Source of the DNA: Patescibacteria group bacterium
GTDB lineage: Bacteria > Patescibacteriota > Patescibacteriia > UBA11705 > DATKZF01
Reading direction: 5' to 3'
DNA: 64,000 nt
NCBI GenBank assembly: GCA_049319825.1
Contig: JBMORT010000002.1
Span: 271,230-335,229, forward strand
Shown: positions 56,301-64,000 of the stretch, one piece after another
How the letters are laid out: each line of letters begins with the position of its first letter
How positions within the stretch are numbered: position 1 is the stretch's first letter
Notes under the pieces: generated by a model
Seen by the model: the letters and a program-made list of their open reading frames with translations, nothing else
Told to the model about the DNA's origin: nothing
Databases searched by the model: none
Program-made: the position numbers and the translations under genes

Positions 56301-56912
56301 ATGAAACACTTGTTTTTGGCTCTCGTGGTGCTCAGTCTTTTCTCCAACTGCGATGAGGAGGATTTCGCGCCCGGGGTCACCATTCCCTGCGAATGGGACA
56401 TGGACTGCCCGTCGGACTCGTACTGCGATCAGTACTATTTCTGCGTCTGGCCCGAGGAGTACATCGTCGTGGAGGGTCAGCCGCAGCCTCAGACCGAAGT
56501 CATCGAAGAGGTCGTCTACGTGGACTGCGTCGACGACTGGGACTGCGACGTCGGCGAATACTGCTACCGGGACTTTTGTTACCGCGACGCCGAGTGCCTC
56601 GACGACCTGGACTGCGGCGCTTATGAAGACTGCGAAGGCGGCGAGTGCGTCGCGGTCGTCGAGTGCCTGCGCGACGAGCACTGCTACAGCGACGAGTACT
56701 GCGGCCAGGACGGGTTCTGCTACCAGAACGCGGATCAGTGCCAAAACAGCTACGACTGTCCGGAAAACACGGTCTGCGAGCGCGGCCGGTGCGTCGTGCC
56801 TTACGCGACGTACGCCTGCTGGACCAATCTCGACTGTCCGCCGGGCTTCAATGTCTGCGTGGACATCGTCTGTCCGACCGAAGAAGAGTGCCCGGGAATC
56901 TGCGCGCCCTGA
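56301..56912 (+). CDS. Exported/lipoprotein with tandem Cys-rich C..D.DC....YC....C repeats
   Basis: Signal ending FSNC; about six repeats; very high GC3; promoter TTGATT(56232)-17-TATAAT; terminator 56973-57002. Confidence 0.8.
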   Translation: MKHLFLALVVLSLFSNCDEEDFAPGVTIPCEWDMDCPSDSYCDQYYFCVWPEEYIVVEGQPQPQTEVIEEVVYVDCVDDWDCDVGEYCYRDFCYRDAECLDDLDCGAYEDCEGGECVAVVECLRDEHCYSDEYCGQDGFCYQNADQCQNSYDCPENTVCERGRCVVPYATYACWTNLDCPPGFNVCVDIVCPTEEECPGICAP

Positions 56913-57029
56913 GCGCCGACTAAAATCAAACCGCCAAAAGGCGCTGCAAACTGGCAGCGCCTGGAATTTTTTAAAAAACCCGACACGCTGTGCCGGGTTT
57001 TTCGCATCACAAACTGAAATTAGTCATCC

Positions 57030-58568
57030 CTATTTAAGTTTCTTTTCGAGAAGCTTTTTCGCTTTTTCCGGATTGGCTTTGCCCTGGGACTGCTTCATCA
57101 CTTGTCCGAGCAGGTATCTGATCACCGGTTCTTTGCCCGCTCGATATTCAGCGACTTGTTCTGGAAATTGTTTAACCACGGAATCAATCAGGGCATCAAG
57201 AGTCTCAACATCGTCCACTTGCTCCACGTTTAATTCCACCATGGCCTGCGACGGATCAATGCCGGTTTTGACCATTTGCTCCAAAATCTTAACTGCGCCG
57301 GCGCCGTTTACTTTCTTTTGATAAATAATGGCCATCAGCTCGGCGAAATTTTCTGGGTTGATTTCGCTTTCATCAAGATTAATTTTTTCTTTTTCCAATA
57401 CTGGCAGCAGCCGATTCACCAGCCAATCGCTCAGCAGCTTAATCAATTTTTTCCCCTCTGCTGTCCAAATTTCTTCTTTCGAACCCTCGACTTCCGGCAG
57501 AGTCGTTACCCACTCGTAAAGCTCGGATATTGAATGTTCCGCAAACTCAACAATATTTTTATCAGCAGTCAGTATTTTGGCTGTTTCTCCGGAAAAACCG
57601 TATTCCTGCATCAATCGTCGTCTTTTCGCCTGAGGCAATTCCGGCAGAGACTGTTTGATCGCTTCGATGCGTTCTTTCGTTATCATCAGCGGCGGAATAT
57701 CCGGTTCCGGAAAATACCGATAATCTTTGGCTTCTTCTTTACCTCGCAATTCAACCGTTTCATTGGTGTGATCATTCCAGCCGCGAGTGGTGGTTTGATC
57801 GGGCGGCGTGTGGTTTTCCCAGAGCAAGGTTTGTCTTTTTATTTCGAAGTCAAGGGCGTCCTCCAGCGCGCGAAACGAATTGATGTTTTTTATTTCCGTT
57901 TTGGGGTTAAGTTCTTTGTCATTTTCAGGCAGCAGTGAAATGTTCGCATCCACGCGCAGGTGGCCCTTTTCCATGTCCGCGTCGGAGATGCCCAGTTCGC
58001 GCACCATCAGCTGCAATTCCTGGCCGAACGTTTTGGCCTCATGAGCCGAACGCATATCCGGGTAGGTAACGATTTCTAGCAACGGCGATCCGCCGCGGTT
58101 AAAATCCAACAGACTTTTCGAGCCTGCTTTGGCATGAACCATTTTAGCGGTGTCTTCTTCCATGTGCACGCGCATGATTCGGATTTCTTTCAGCTCCTGC
58201 TCGTCATCCAGCCGGCCGGCTAGGCCGTCCAGCGCCCGATAATTGATTATCAATTCTCCTTCGGCGCAAATAGGCTGGTCAAACTGCGAAATTTGATAGC
58301 CTTTCGGTAAGTCTGGATAGAAATAATTTTTTCGGTCGAATTTGGTCAATCCCGCGATATGGCAGTTTAACGCCAGCCCCAGCTTGATGGCCCGGTCGAT
58401 GGCTTCGTCATTGACAACCGGCAGGGTGCCGGGGTGGCCGAGGCAAATCGGGCAAACAGAGGTATTCGGTTCGTCGTTTTCGTTTTGATTATTGCAGCCG
58501 CAGAACATTTTACTGCGTGTGTTTAATTGGATGTGAAATTCGAGGCCGATTATTGGTTTATATTTCAT
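57030..58568 (-). CDS. gatB: Asp/Glu-tRNA amidotransferase subunit B
   Basis: IGLEFH.QL.T.SKMFC, FDRKNYFYPDLPKGYQISQ, EIKNINSF, DYRYFPEPD. Confidence 0.98.
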   Translation of the reverse strand: MKYKPIIGLEFHIQLNTRSKMFCGCNNQNENDEPNTSVCPICLGHPGTLPVVNDEAIDRAIKLGLALNCHIAGLTKFDRKNYFYPDLPKGYQISQFDQPICAEGELIINYRALDGLAGRLDDEQELKEIRIMRVHMEEDTAKMVHAKAGSKSLLDFNRGGSPLLEIVTYPDMRSAHEAKTFGQELQLMVRELGISDADMEKGHLRVDANISLLPENDKELNPKTEIKNINSFRALEDALDFEIKRQTLLWENHTPPDQTTTRGWNDHTNETVELRGKEEAKDYRYFPEPDIPPLMITKERIEAIKQSLPELPQAKRRRLMQEYGFSGETAKILTADKNIVEFAEHSISELYEWVTTLPEVEGSKEEIWTAEGKKLIKLLSDWLVNRLLPVLEKEKINLDESEINPENFAELMAIIYQKKVNGAGAVKILEQMVKTGIDPSQAMVELNVEQVDDVETLDALIDSVVKQFPEQVAEYRAGKEPVIRYLLGQVMKQSQGKANPEKAKKLLEKKLK

Positions 58569-58606
58569 ATGGTTGAAGCTAGAAGCTGGAATTTTGAAGC
58601 CGGTTA

Positions 58607-59245
58607 TTATAATATTTCACTGACTTTTTCCCAGATTTGATTTTGAATGTTTTCAATCGTGTCTTCAGCGTTTATTACTGTCCAGTTCGCTTCGGTTTTT
58701 GCCAGTGATAAATATCCCTGTCTGACTTTTTCATGGAATTCAATCTTTTCCGCGTCAAAGCGATCATCTTTTAAGTTGTTCCGATCTCGGCCGTTTTCCA
58801 CTCTGGCCAGTCCGATTTTAGGATCAATATCCAGCAGGATGGTTAAATCCGGATTGAGTCCGCCAGTGGCGAAGCTGTTTATTTGCTTGACTTTTTCCAG
58901 AGCGAAAAGACCTCTGCCAAAATGCTGATAGGCGAATGATGACCCTTGAAAGCGATCGCAGACGATAATAGTGCCTTTTTCCATTTCCGGCCCGACCACC
59001 TGCTTGACATGCTGAGCTCTGGCGGCCAGAAATAAAAATAATTCGGTTTCCGGTACCATTGCTTTATTGGCCGGATCTTTTAGCATTTCTCTGATTTTTT
59101 CCGCGATTGGGCAGTTGGCGCCGCCAGGCTCGCGGGTTGTTAAAACGTGATAGCCCGCAGCCGTAAGTTTTTGTTCTAAAAATTTGATTTGAGTGGTTTT
59201 ACCCGTGCCTTCGCCGCCTTCAAAGACAATGAATTTTCCAATCAT
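58607..59245 (-). CDS. tmk: Thymidylate kinase
   Basis: FIVFEGGEGTGKTTQ, TREPGG, LF.AARAQH, CDRF..SS.AYQ, PDLT; start at ATG 59245. Confidence 0.96.
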   Translation of the reverse strand: MIGKFIVFEGGEGTGKTTQIKFLEQKLTAAGYHVLTTREPGGANCPIAEKIREMLKDPANKAMVPETELFLFLAARAQHVKQVVGPEMEKGTIIVCDRFQGSSFAYQHFGRGLFALEKVKQINSFATGGLNPDLTILLDIDPKIGLARVENGRDRNNLKDDRFDAEKIEFHEKVRQGYLSLAKTEANWTVINAEDTIENIQNQIWEKVSEIL

Positions 59246-59388
59246 ATGGAAGTTATTTAGTATTATTGATATTTTATCACATTTCGTGGCCGAGTAGAAT
59301 AATTGACAATCATGAAAAAATCTGATAAAACTTAAATGTTGCCTCACCGGGGCAAGCGCAGTGAACCGCACTTTAGCAGGGGGAAAAA

Positions 59389-59808
59389 GTGCTGAATATT
59401 TTAGTCATCGGTTATGAAAGAAAAAATGCGGGCCGCATTGGATTGTGGTGTCAAGAAAATTTGAATTCAACCAACGTGGCATATGTTGATGAGCGCGAAT
59501 TGCGTGATCAGTTTGATGACCATGGGGTTACCCTGCCAGCCGGCGCTGATCTGGTGATTCTGGCCGAATTCAGCCGGGCGCATCGTTTTCTTACGCCATT
59601 GCTGCTTGCCGTGCACGCCGCGGCCATCAGGCAGCATAAAAAAATGTTGGTAATCACGGTCAACTCTAAGCTGACTGAAGCAAAGCCACTGCGTTTTCGG
59701 GATGGGTTTTGGCACCTGTGTCTCCCCCCCCAGGCGCTGATTTGGGGGGAAAGGATCACCGACGCGGTTGATGAAATCTTCCAGGTATCAGCGGCTTCGG
59801 TCGCCTAG
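59389..59808 (+). CDS. Hypothetical orphan cassette lying antisense between dut and tmk
   Basis: TTGACA(59303)-17-TAAAAC, AGGGGG SD, GTG start, terminator 59818-59845. Confidence 0.7.
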   Translation: MLNILVIGYERKNAGRIGLWCQENLNSTNVAYVDERELRDQFDDHGVTLPAGADLVILAEFSRAHRFLTPLLLAVHAAAIRQHKKMLVITVNSKLTEAKPLRFRDGFWHLCLPPQALIWGERITDAVDEIFQVSAASVA

Positions 59809-59864
59809 CGAGGATTGAAGAGCCAGATCATGTCGGCTCTTTTTTATTTGTCCCCGGGCGCGGG

Positions 59865-60296
59865 TTATAATCCGGTCGATCCGAAACCGCCTCGAGAAGT
59901 TCCGGCTATTTGGTCAGCTTCCTCGAATTCAACTTTTTCAATCGGCATTATTAAGGCTTGACACAGCCTGTCTCCGCGCTCAATTTTGACTGGTTTATTC
60001 GTAATATTATAGAGGCTTAAATTTATTTCATCATCAGGACCGCAATAATCTTGATCAACCACGCCGATATTGTTTGAGAGCGTCAGTCCCTTCTTAACGG
60101 CCAGGCTGGAGCGATCCGCGATGATCAGCGCGAATCCCTCGGGGACTTCGACAATCAAATTTGTCGGCAGTTTTTCGATGGACCGGGGCATTATTTCCTT
60201 ATCGATTCGGCTGTATAAATCAAAAGCGACCGACCCCGGGGTTTGATATTGCGGTATGGGCAGGTCTTTTTCAATTCGTTTGATTTTTATTTTCAT
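59865..60296 (-). CDS. dut: Trimeric dUTPase
   Basis: GSVAFDL, RSSL, GVVDQDYCG, GDRLCQ, RGGFGSTG. Confidence 0.96.
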   Translation of the reverse strand: MKIKIKRIEKDLPIPQYQTPGSVAFDLYSRIDKEIMPRSIEKLPTNLIVEVPEGFALIIADRSSLAVKKGLTLSNNIGVVDQDYCGPDDEINLSLYNITNKPVKIERGDRLCQALIMPIEKVEFEEADQIAGTSRGGFGSTGL

Positions 60297-60843
60297 ACTT
60301 TTCAACTAATTGATCAAGCCTGGAGTAAAGATCATCGTGAGTGCCATTATTGTCAATTACTTCGGTGGCTGCGGCCGCGATGACCGCGATGGTCTTTTCA
60401 GTTTCTTTCTCATGGTCTTTTTTAAAGTCTTTAAAAGTTTTTACCTGATCATCGGTATTTTCCGAACGATCGACGATTCGTTTATATCTTGTATCCATGT
60501 CGGCGAAAATGTTGATCAGCACGAAATTGGGAATGTTTTTTAGATAAATGATGTCTTCCGGTCGGCGAATGCCATCCACGCAAATTATCGGAGCGTTGTC
60601 GTCTTCGACTTCTTCGGCAATCACTTTGGCGAAAAGATCCTGGCCGAACTTTTGTCTCAAAAGAGTCGATATGCTCTGAAGATTTTCTCTGGTTTGTTCC
60701 AGGTATAATCGATCAAGGACATCTCGCAGTATTGTTGAATAGCGATGGTTGCCGGCGCCGTATTTGTTTATCAGATAATCGCAGGCGGTACCCTTGCCGC
60801 TGGCGATCTCGCCGACAAATCCGAAAATAATTTTATTGGGCAT
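60271..60843 (-). CDS. P-loop nucleoside monophosphate kinase-like protein (dephospho-CoA kinase-like fold)
   Basis: GFVGEIASGKGT, VDGIR, R..R...R, IDNNGT; lies within the pyrimidine deoxynucleotide cluster. Confidence 0.8.
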   Translation of the reverse strand: MPNKIIFGFVGEIASGKGTACDYLINKYGAGNHRYSTILRDVLDRLYLEQTRENLQSISTLLRQKFGQDLFAKVIAEEVEDDNAPIICVDGIRRPEDIIYLKNIPNFVLINIFADMDTRYKRIVDRSENTDDQVKTFKDFKKDHEKETEKTIAVIAAAATEVIDNNGTHDDLYSRLDQLVEKYENKNQTN

Positions 60844-60846
60844 ATG

Positions 60847-62733
60847 TTATTTTTGAGTAATCGTCTGCGTGCCGCGCCTGATATCCCAATCGCTTTGCTC
60901 GAGATCCGAGTGGAGCTTGAGGGCGGGAAATCTTTCCCGGAGCGCGTGATGCATTTGATGAGCGATTTTTCTTAAGGTCGGATGAACCGGCTTGCCGGAT
61001 CTTAATTCGACGACATAAACGGTCGCCGGCAGGCCGTAGGCCACGCGGCAGGGGACATTGAATCCCAATGAAATGTAATATTGTTTGATTTCTTCGGCCG
61101 CGTTTAAAGCGGTAATGCGAATTTTTTGCTCCGCGATCAATTGCTTGGCTTTTTCCCGAATATTATCCGGCAATTGGTCCAGATACCATGCGTTGAAGCC
61201 TTTGTCTGTCGTTAGCAGCGGCATTCGGCAGACGCCGTTTCGGTGCCGCTGAATGTCGCGAAAAGATCCGTAGTCCAGGTCGAAATCGAACTGCACCAGG
61301 CCCAGTTCGGAAAGAAAGTGCGGCAGATTGGTTTTCAGCGGCCGCGAGCTGATAATATCGGAGTATTTGCTAAGCTCCACCGCGTTAATGGACGTTTGAC
61401 AAGAAAATTCGGGGCTGACGGCTGATCGGTAATAATAATATTTTGCGTTGGTGTATTGCCTGAATTTTTCCTGATCATCATACAGATTATGCGAGAAGCT
61501 GTTGGCATATTTTTCTTTAAGCGTCTTATGGATTTTTTCCGCGATTTCCCTGACTTCGGGCAGGGGATTGTGCCGGAGCAAAGCGATTTTATCCCAAGCT
61601 TGGCGCAGATTGGTATGCCAGCTAAGCTGAGTGGTGATGCCGGCGGGTAAAAAGCCGCGCATGATGTCAAAGGTGCGGGCCTTGACCGCGTTTTCGTAAA
61701 CAGTTTCATTTTCCTCAGGTTTTTTGGGATAGTTTTTCTTGATATGTTCGCTGACCGCCGGCTGGCTGGAGACGTAAAAATCCATCCATTTGGAAATAAT
61801 CAGTTTCGATTCGTCAGAATTGATCGGATCAACAATCGCTTGTTTGGACATGTCAACATAGCGGGTGCTGGTTTCTTGTCCATTATATAAAGGCCAGTCC
61901 TGTATCGCTTTATCGGCAAGAATGCTTATTTTTTCAATGAATAAAGTTGTCGAGCCGCAATCGGCGATACTCTGATGGCCGTAGCCCACATAATAGCGCT
62001 CCATGAATTTGCCTGACCCGGTTTCTTCCACTTTTTTCACGTGTTCGGTAACGCTTTGCGGGCTTCTCGAATACAGTGCCTGCAGCATGGCCGTGTCTTC
62101 TGGCGCGTATTGATCGTATAAATAAACCTGAGCCAGCTGATTGTTTGCGGGCTGCGCTTTTTCGTTCGATTCAATTGGCTGGTTTTGCTTGGCGTCTGGC
62201 CTTTTATCTGGTTCATTATACAGATGAACCAAATCCAATTCTAAAATTTCAGGATTAGGCTTTTGATGTTTTTCGAATTTCACTCCGGCTTCCAGAAATA
62301 ATTTTACAAAGTCATTATCATTGTAATCACGATAAGTCACCACTTTTTTAATGCCCGCGTTGACGATCATCTTGGCGCAAATAATGCATGGCGTGTGAGT
62401 GCAGTAAAGTGTCGCGCCTTCAAGATTTATTCCGTGAAACGAAGCTTGAATAATGGCGTTTTGCTCGGCATGCACAGCCCGGCAGATTTGATGCTGAGTG
62501 CCCGATGGAATCTTTAATTCATCTCGCAGACAACCAAGCTCAAGGCAGTCTTTGGTGCCCGCTGGCGCGCCATTGTATCCGGTGGCCAGCACGTGTTTGT
62601 TTTTAACGGCGATAGCGCCCACGCGATGCCTTAGGCAAGTGGCTCTTTCCGCAACCAGCATCGCCAGTTTTAAAAAGTATTGGTCCCAGGATGGTCTTGA
62701 ATAAGGTTTTTGTTCGCTGTTTTTTTCGGCCAT
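60847..62733 (-). CDS. Fusion: dCMP deaminase plus long (tandem-domain) FAD-dependent thymidylate synthase ThyX
   Basis: N-term RPSWD.YF, TGYNGAP, HAEQNA, PCIIC; C-term YSRS, GHQSIAD, E.STRY, RGFLP, RDIQRHR, ELRS. Confidence 0.88.
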   Translation of the reverse strand: MAEKNSEQKPYSRPSWDQYFLKLAMLVAERATCLRHRVGAIAVKNKHVLATGYNGAPAGTKDCLELGCLRDELKIPSGTQHQICRAVHAEQNAIIQASFHGINLEGATLYCTHTPCIICAKMIVNAGIKKVVTYRDYNDNDFVKLFLEAGVKFEKHQKPNPEILELDLVHLYNEPDKRPDAKQNQPIESNEKAQPANNQLAQVYLYDQYAPEDTAMLQALYSRSPQSVTEHVKKVEETGSGKFMERYYVGYGHQSIADCGSTTLFIEKISILADKAIQDWPLYNGQETSTRYVDMSKQAIVDPINSDESKLIISKWMDFYVSSQPAVSEHIKKNYPKKPEENETVYENAVKARTFDIMRGFLPAGITTQLSWHTNLRQAWDKIALLRHNPLPEVREIAEKIHKTLKEKYANSFSHNLYDDQEKFRQYTNAKYYYYRSAVSPEFSCQTSINAVELSKYSDIISSRPLKTNLPHFLSELGLVQFDFDLDYGSFRDIQRHRNGVCRMPLLTTDKGFNAWYLDQLPDNIREKAKQLIAEQKIRITALNAAEEIKQYYISLGFNVPCRVAYGLPATVYVVELRSGKPVHPTLRKIAHQMHHALRERFPALKLHSDLEQSDWDIRRGTQTITQK

Positions 62734-62896
62734 ATATTTGGGTATTTAATTACAACCCCTCCTTTTTGGTGCTGTCATTTTAACAAAATTGCCCGGGTAA
62801 TGGAAGTGGAAAAGTGGGGCATTTTCCATTTTAATTAAGAACCATTGACAGATGCCGTTGATGTGCTATGGTGAGTAAATAATCAAGGAGGGGAAA

Positions 62897-63214
62897 ATGA
62901 CCGGTTTTTACCTAAAATTGACGCGCGCGCCGGATAAATCGTCGGAGGTCCATGTAAAACTGGTCGGCTTGGACGAGGTTGAAGGAATTATATTGAAAGA
63001 CCCTGAATTAAAAGAAATTTTATTCATTTTCAAATCAAATGATCGGGAAATCGATATCGCCAGGGGATTTGCCGGACGCGGTTGGCGAGCTTTAGAAAAA
63101 CGACAATTGGATGTTTCTGAGGAATTTATGCGCGCCGCCCGGTTTTTTCTCAAAGATAGAAAAGCCCTCGAAGACCTTTGGGAAATTGAAAATAATAAAA
63201 GCGTGTCTTCATAA
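62897..63214 (+). CDS. Hypothetical orphan protein
   Basis: TTGACA(62845)..TATGGT promoter, AAGGAGG SD, terminator 63197-63229. Confidence 0.75.
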   Translation: MTGFYLKLTRAPDKSSEVHVKLVGLDEVEGIILKDPELKEILFIFKSNDREIDIARGFAGRGWRALEKRQLDVSEEFMRAARFFLKDRKALEDLWEIENNKSVSS

Positions 63215-63268
63215 GATCCGCTTTTTTTTAAAAAAATTATGCATTATCGATAATCATTACTAATAAAT

Positions 63269-63297
63269 TTGACAAAAGTATTTTTGTTTGCTATAAT
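63269..63297 (+). promoter_or_regulatory. Perfect consensus sigma70 promoter
   Basis: TTGACA-17-TATAAT with extended -10 TG. Confidence 0.88.
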
Positions 63298-63356
63298 GAT
63301 TACAGAAGCTCAGTTTTCGAGCTTTTTTCTTTTTAAACGGCTACAAGGAGGCTGTC

Positions 63357-63734
63357 ATGGTTGCCGCAAGAGCTCCGGATTACCTTGCGAATGCGACAAC
63401 AAGACCGATTCTTGAGCAGAATCAATGTCCTCGTCCGATTCGCCGCGAAATTCGGAGGCCGACAAGACAGATTTCTCGTATCAGGGTTAGGTTTGAAAAC
63501 TGCCATTTTATCGTGATTGTCGAAGTGGGAGCCACTCAGTTGCATACTCAGCTCAATGCTTATAAAAAAGTGGCGGGTGAAGCCTTTTTGAACAAAAATT
63601 CTGCCCTGCTTTGTTCAGTGGTCAATGCCATGATGAAAATCGTCTTGAAACTTCCGGAAAACGAGGCTGAAGCGTACTGGGTGCTGATTTGCGCCTATCT
63701 TCAGGAATTAAGACAGCTGTCCAAGGCCGCTTAA
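63357..63734 (+). CDS. Hypothetical orphan protein
   Basis: AAGGAGG SD; terminator 63733-63764. Confidence 0.75.
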   Translation: MVAARAPDYLANATTRPILEQNQCPRPIRREIRRPTRQISRIRVRFENCHFIVIVEVGATQLHTQLNAYKKVAGEAFLNKNSALLCSVVNAMMKIVLKLPENEAEAYWVLICAYLQELRQLSKAA

Positions 63735-63840
63735 GCTGCAGGTGACAATCACTTGCGGCTTTTTATTTCGGCTCTTGACGCCACAGCGATCGATTTGCTA
63801 GGATTGAGTGATTCACCGCTGTAAAAAAAGGAGATTGAGG

Positions 63841-64000
63841 ATGGAAATGCTTCAAGCGGCCTCAGATTGGGATAGCCAGATTGTTTGTGAAAAATGTGAA
63901 GCAAATTTTAAAATTACCGCGGATGATTTAATTTTAACTCCGAGCAGCGTCGCGGTTGCCAGACAAGCGTACGTATTATGTCCCTGCTGCCATGAGCGAT
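63841..64000 (+). CDS. Small zinc-ribbon protein, truncated at window end (not in ORF track)
   Basis: MEMLQAASDWDSQIVCEKCEANFKITADDL...YVLCPCCHER; AAGGAG SD; TTGACG(63775)-18-TAGGAT promoter. Confidence 0.75.
   Translation, partial: MEMLQAASDWDSQIVCEKCEANFKITADDLILTPSSVAVARQAYVLCPCCHER

Noticed and set aside
56244-57321. Long overlapping ORFs 56353-57321(+), 56244-56744(-) and others
   Set aside because: Shadow frames caused by high GC3 of the Cys-rich gene; one runs through a terminator into gatB antisense

Overview
This is a chromosomal segment that looks like Patescibacteria (CPR; Parcubacteria/ABY1-like). That assignment is inferred from pilin-fused giant Cys-rich surface proteins, membrane-anchored TSP3-type repeat proteins, a fragmented dcw cluster and SD-less core genes. 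Housekeeping genes present: ybeY-dgkA, ftsA-ftsZ, class III RNR (nrdD/nrdG), MGMT, htrA, prfB, rsmA, rpmA, iscU-nfu-iscS, mraY-murD-ftsW, miaB-miaA, gatB, and a dTTP cluster (dCMP deaminase-ThyX fusion, NMP kinase, dut, tmk). There are two complete giant exported proteins (2271 and 3153 aa) plus the tail of a third, and a REP-associated tyrosine transposase with GTAG palindromes. Most notable: (1) two translation-initiation dialects. About 30 core genes start in an AT-rich, SD-less ...T-ATG context, while 12 orphan or accessory genes have strong SD sites, mostly their own sigma70 promoter and terminator, and in several cases a boxA-like leader. (2) A split class III RNR whose glycyl-radical motif is on a separate 48-aa ORF missing from the ORF track. 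(3) A tandem array of three highly diverged paralogs of an unrecognised ~290-aa family. No rRNA, tRNA or CRISPR array was seen. All calls are by-eye motif recognition; no database searches were run.
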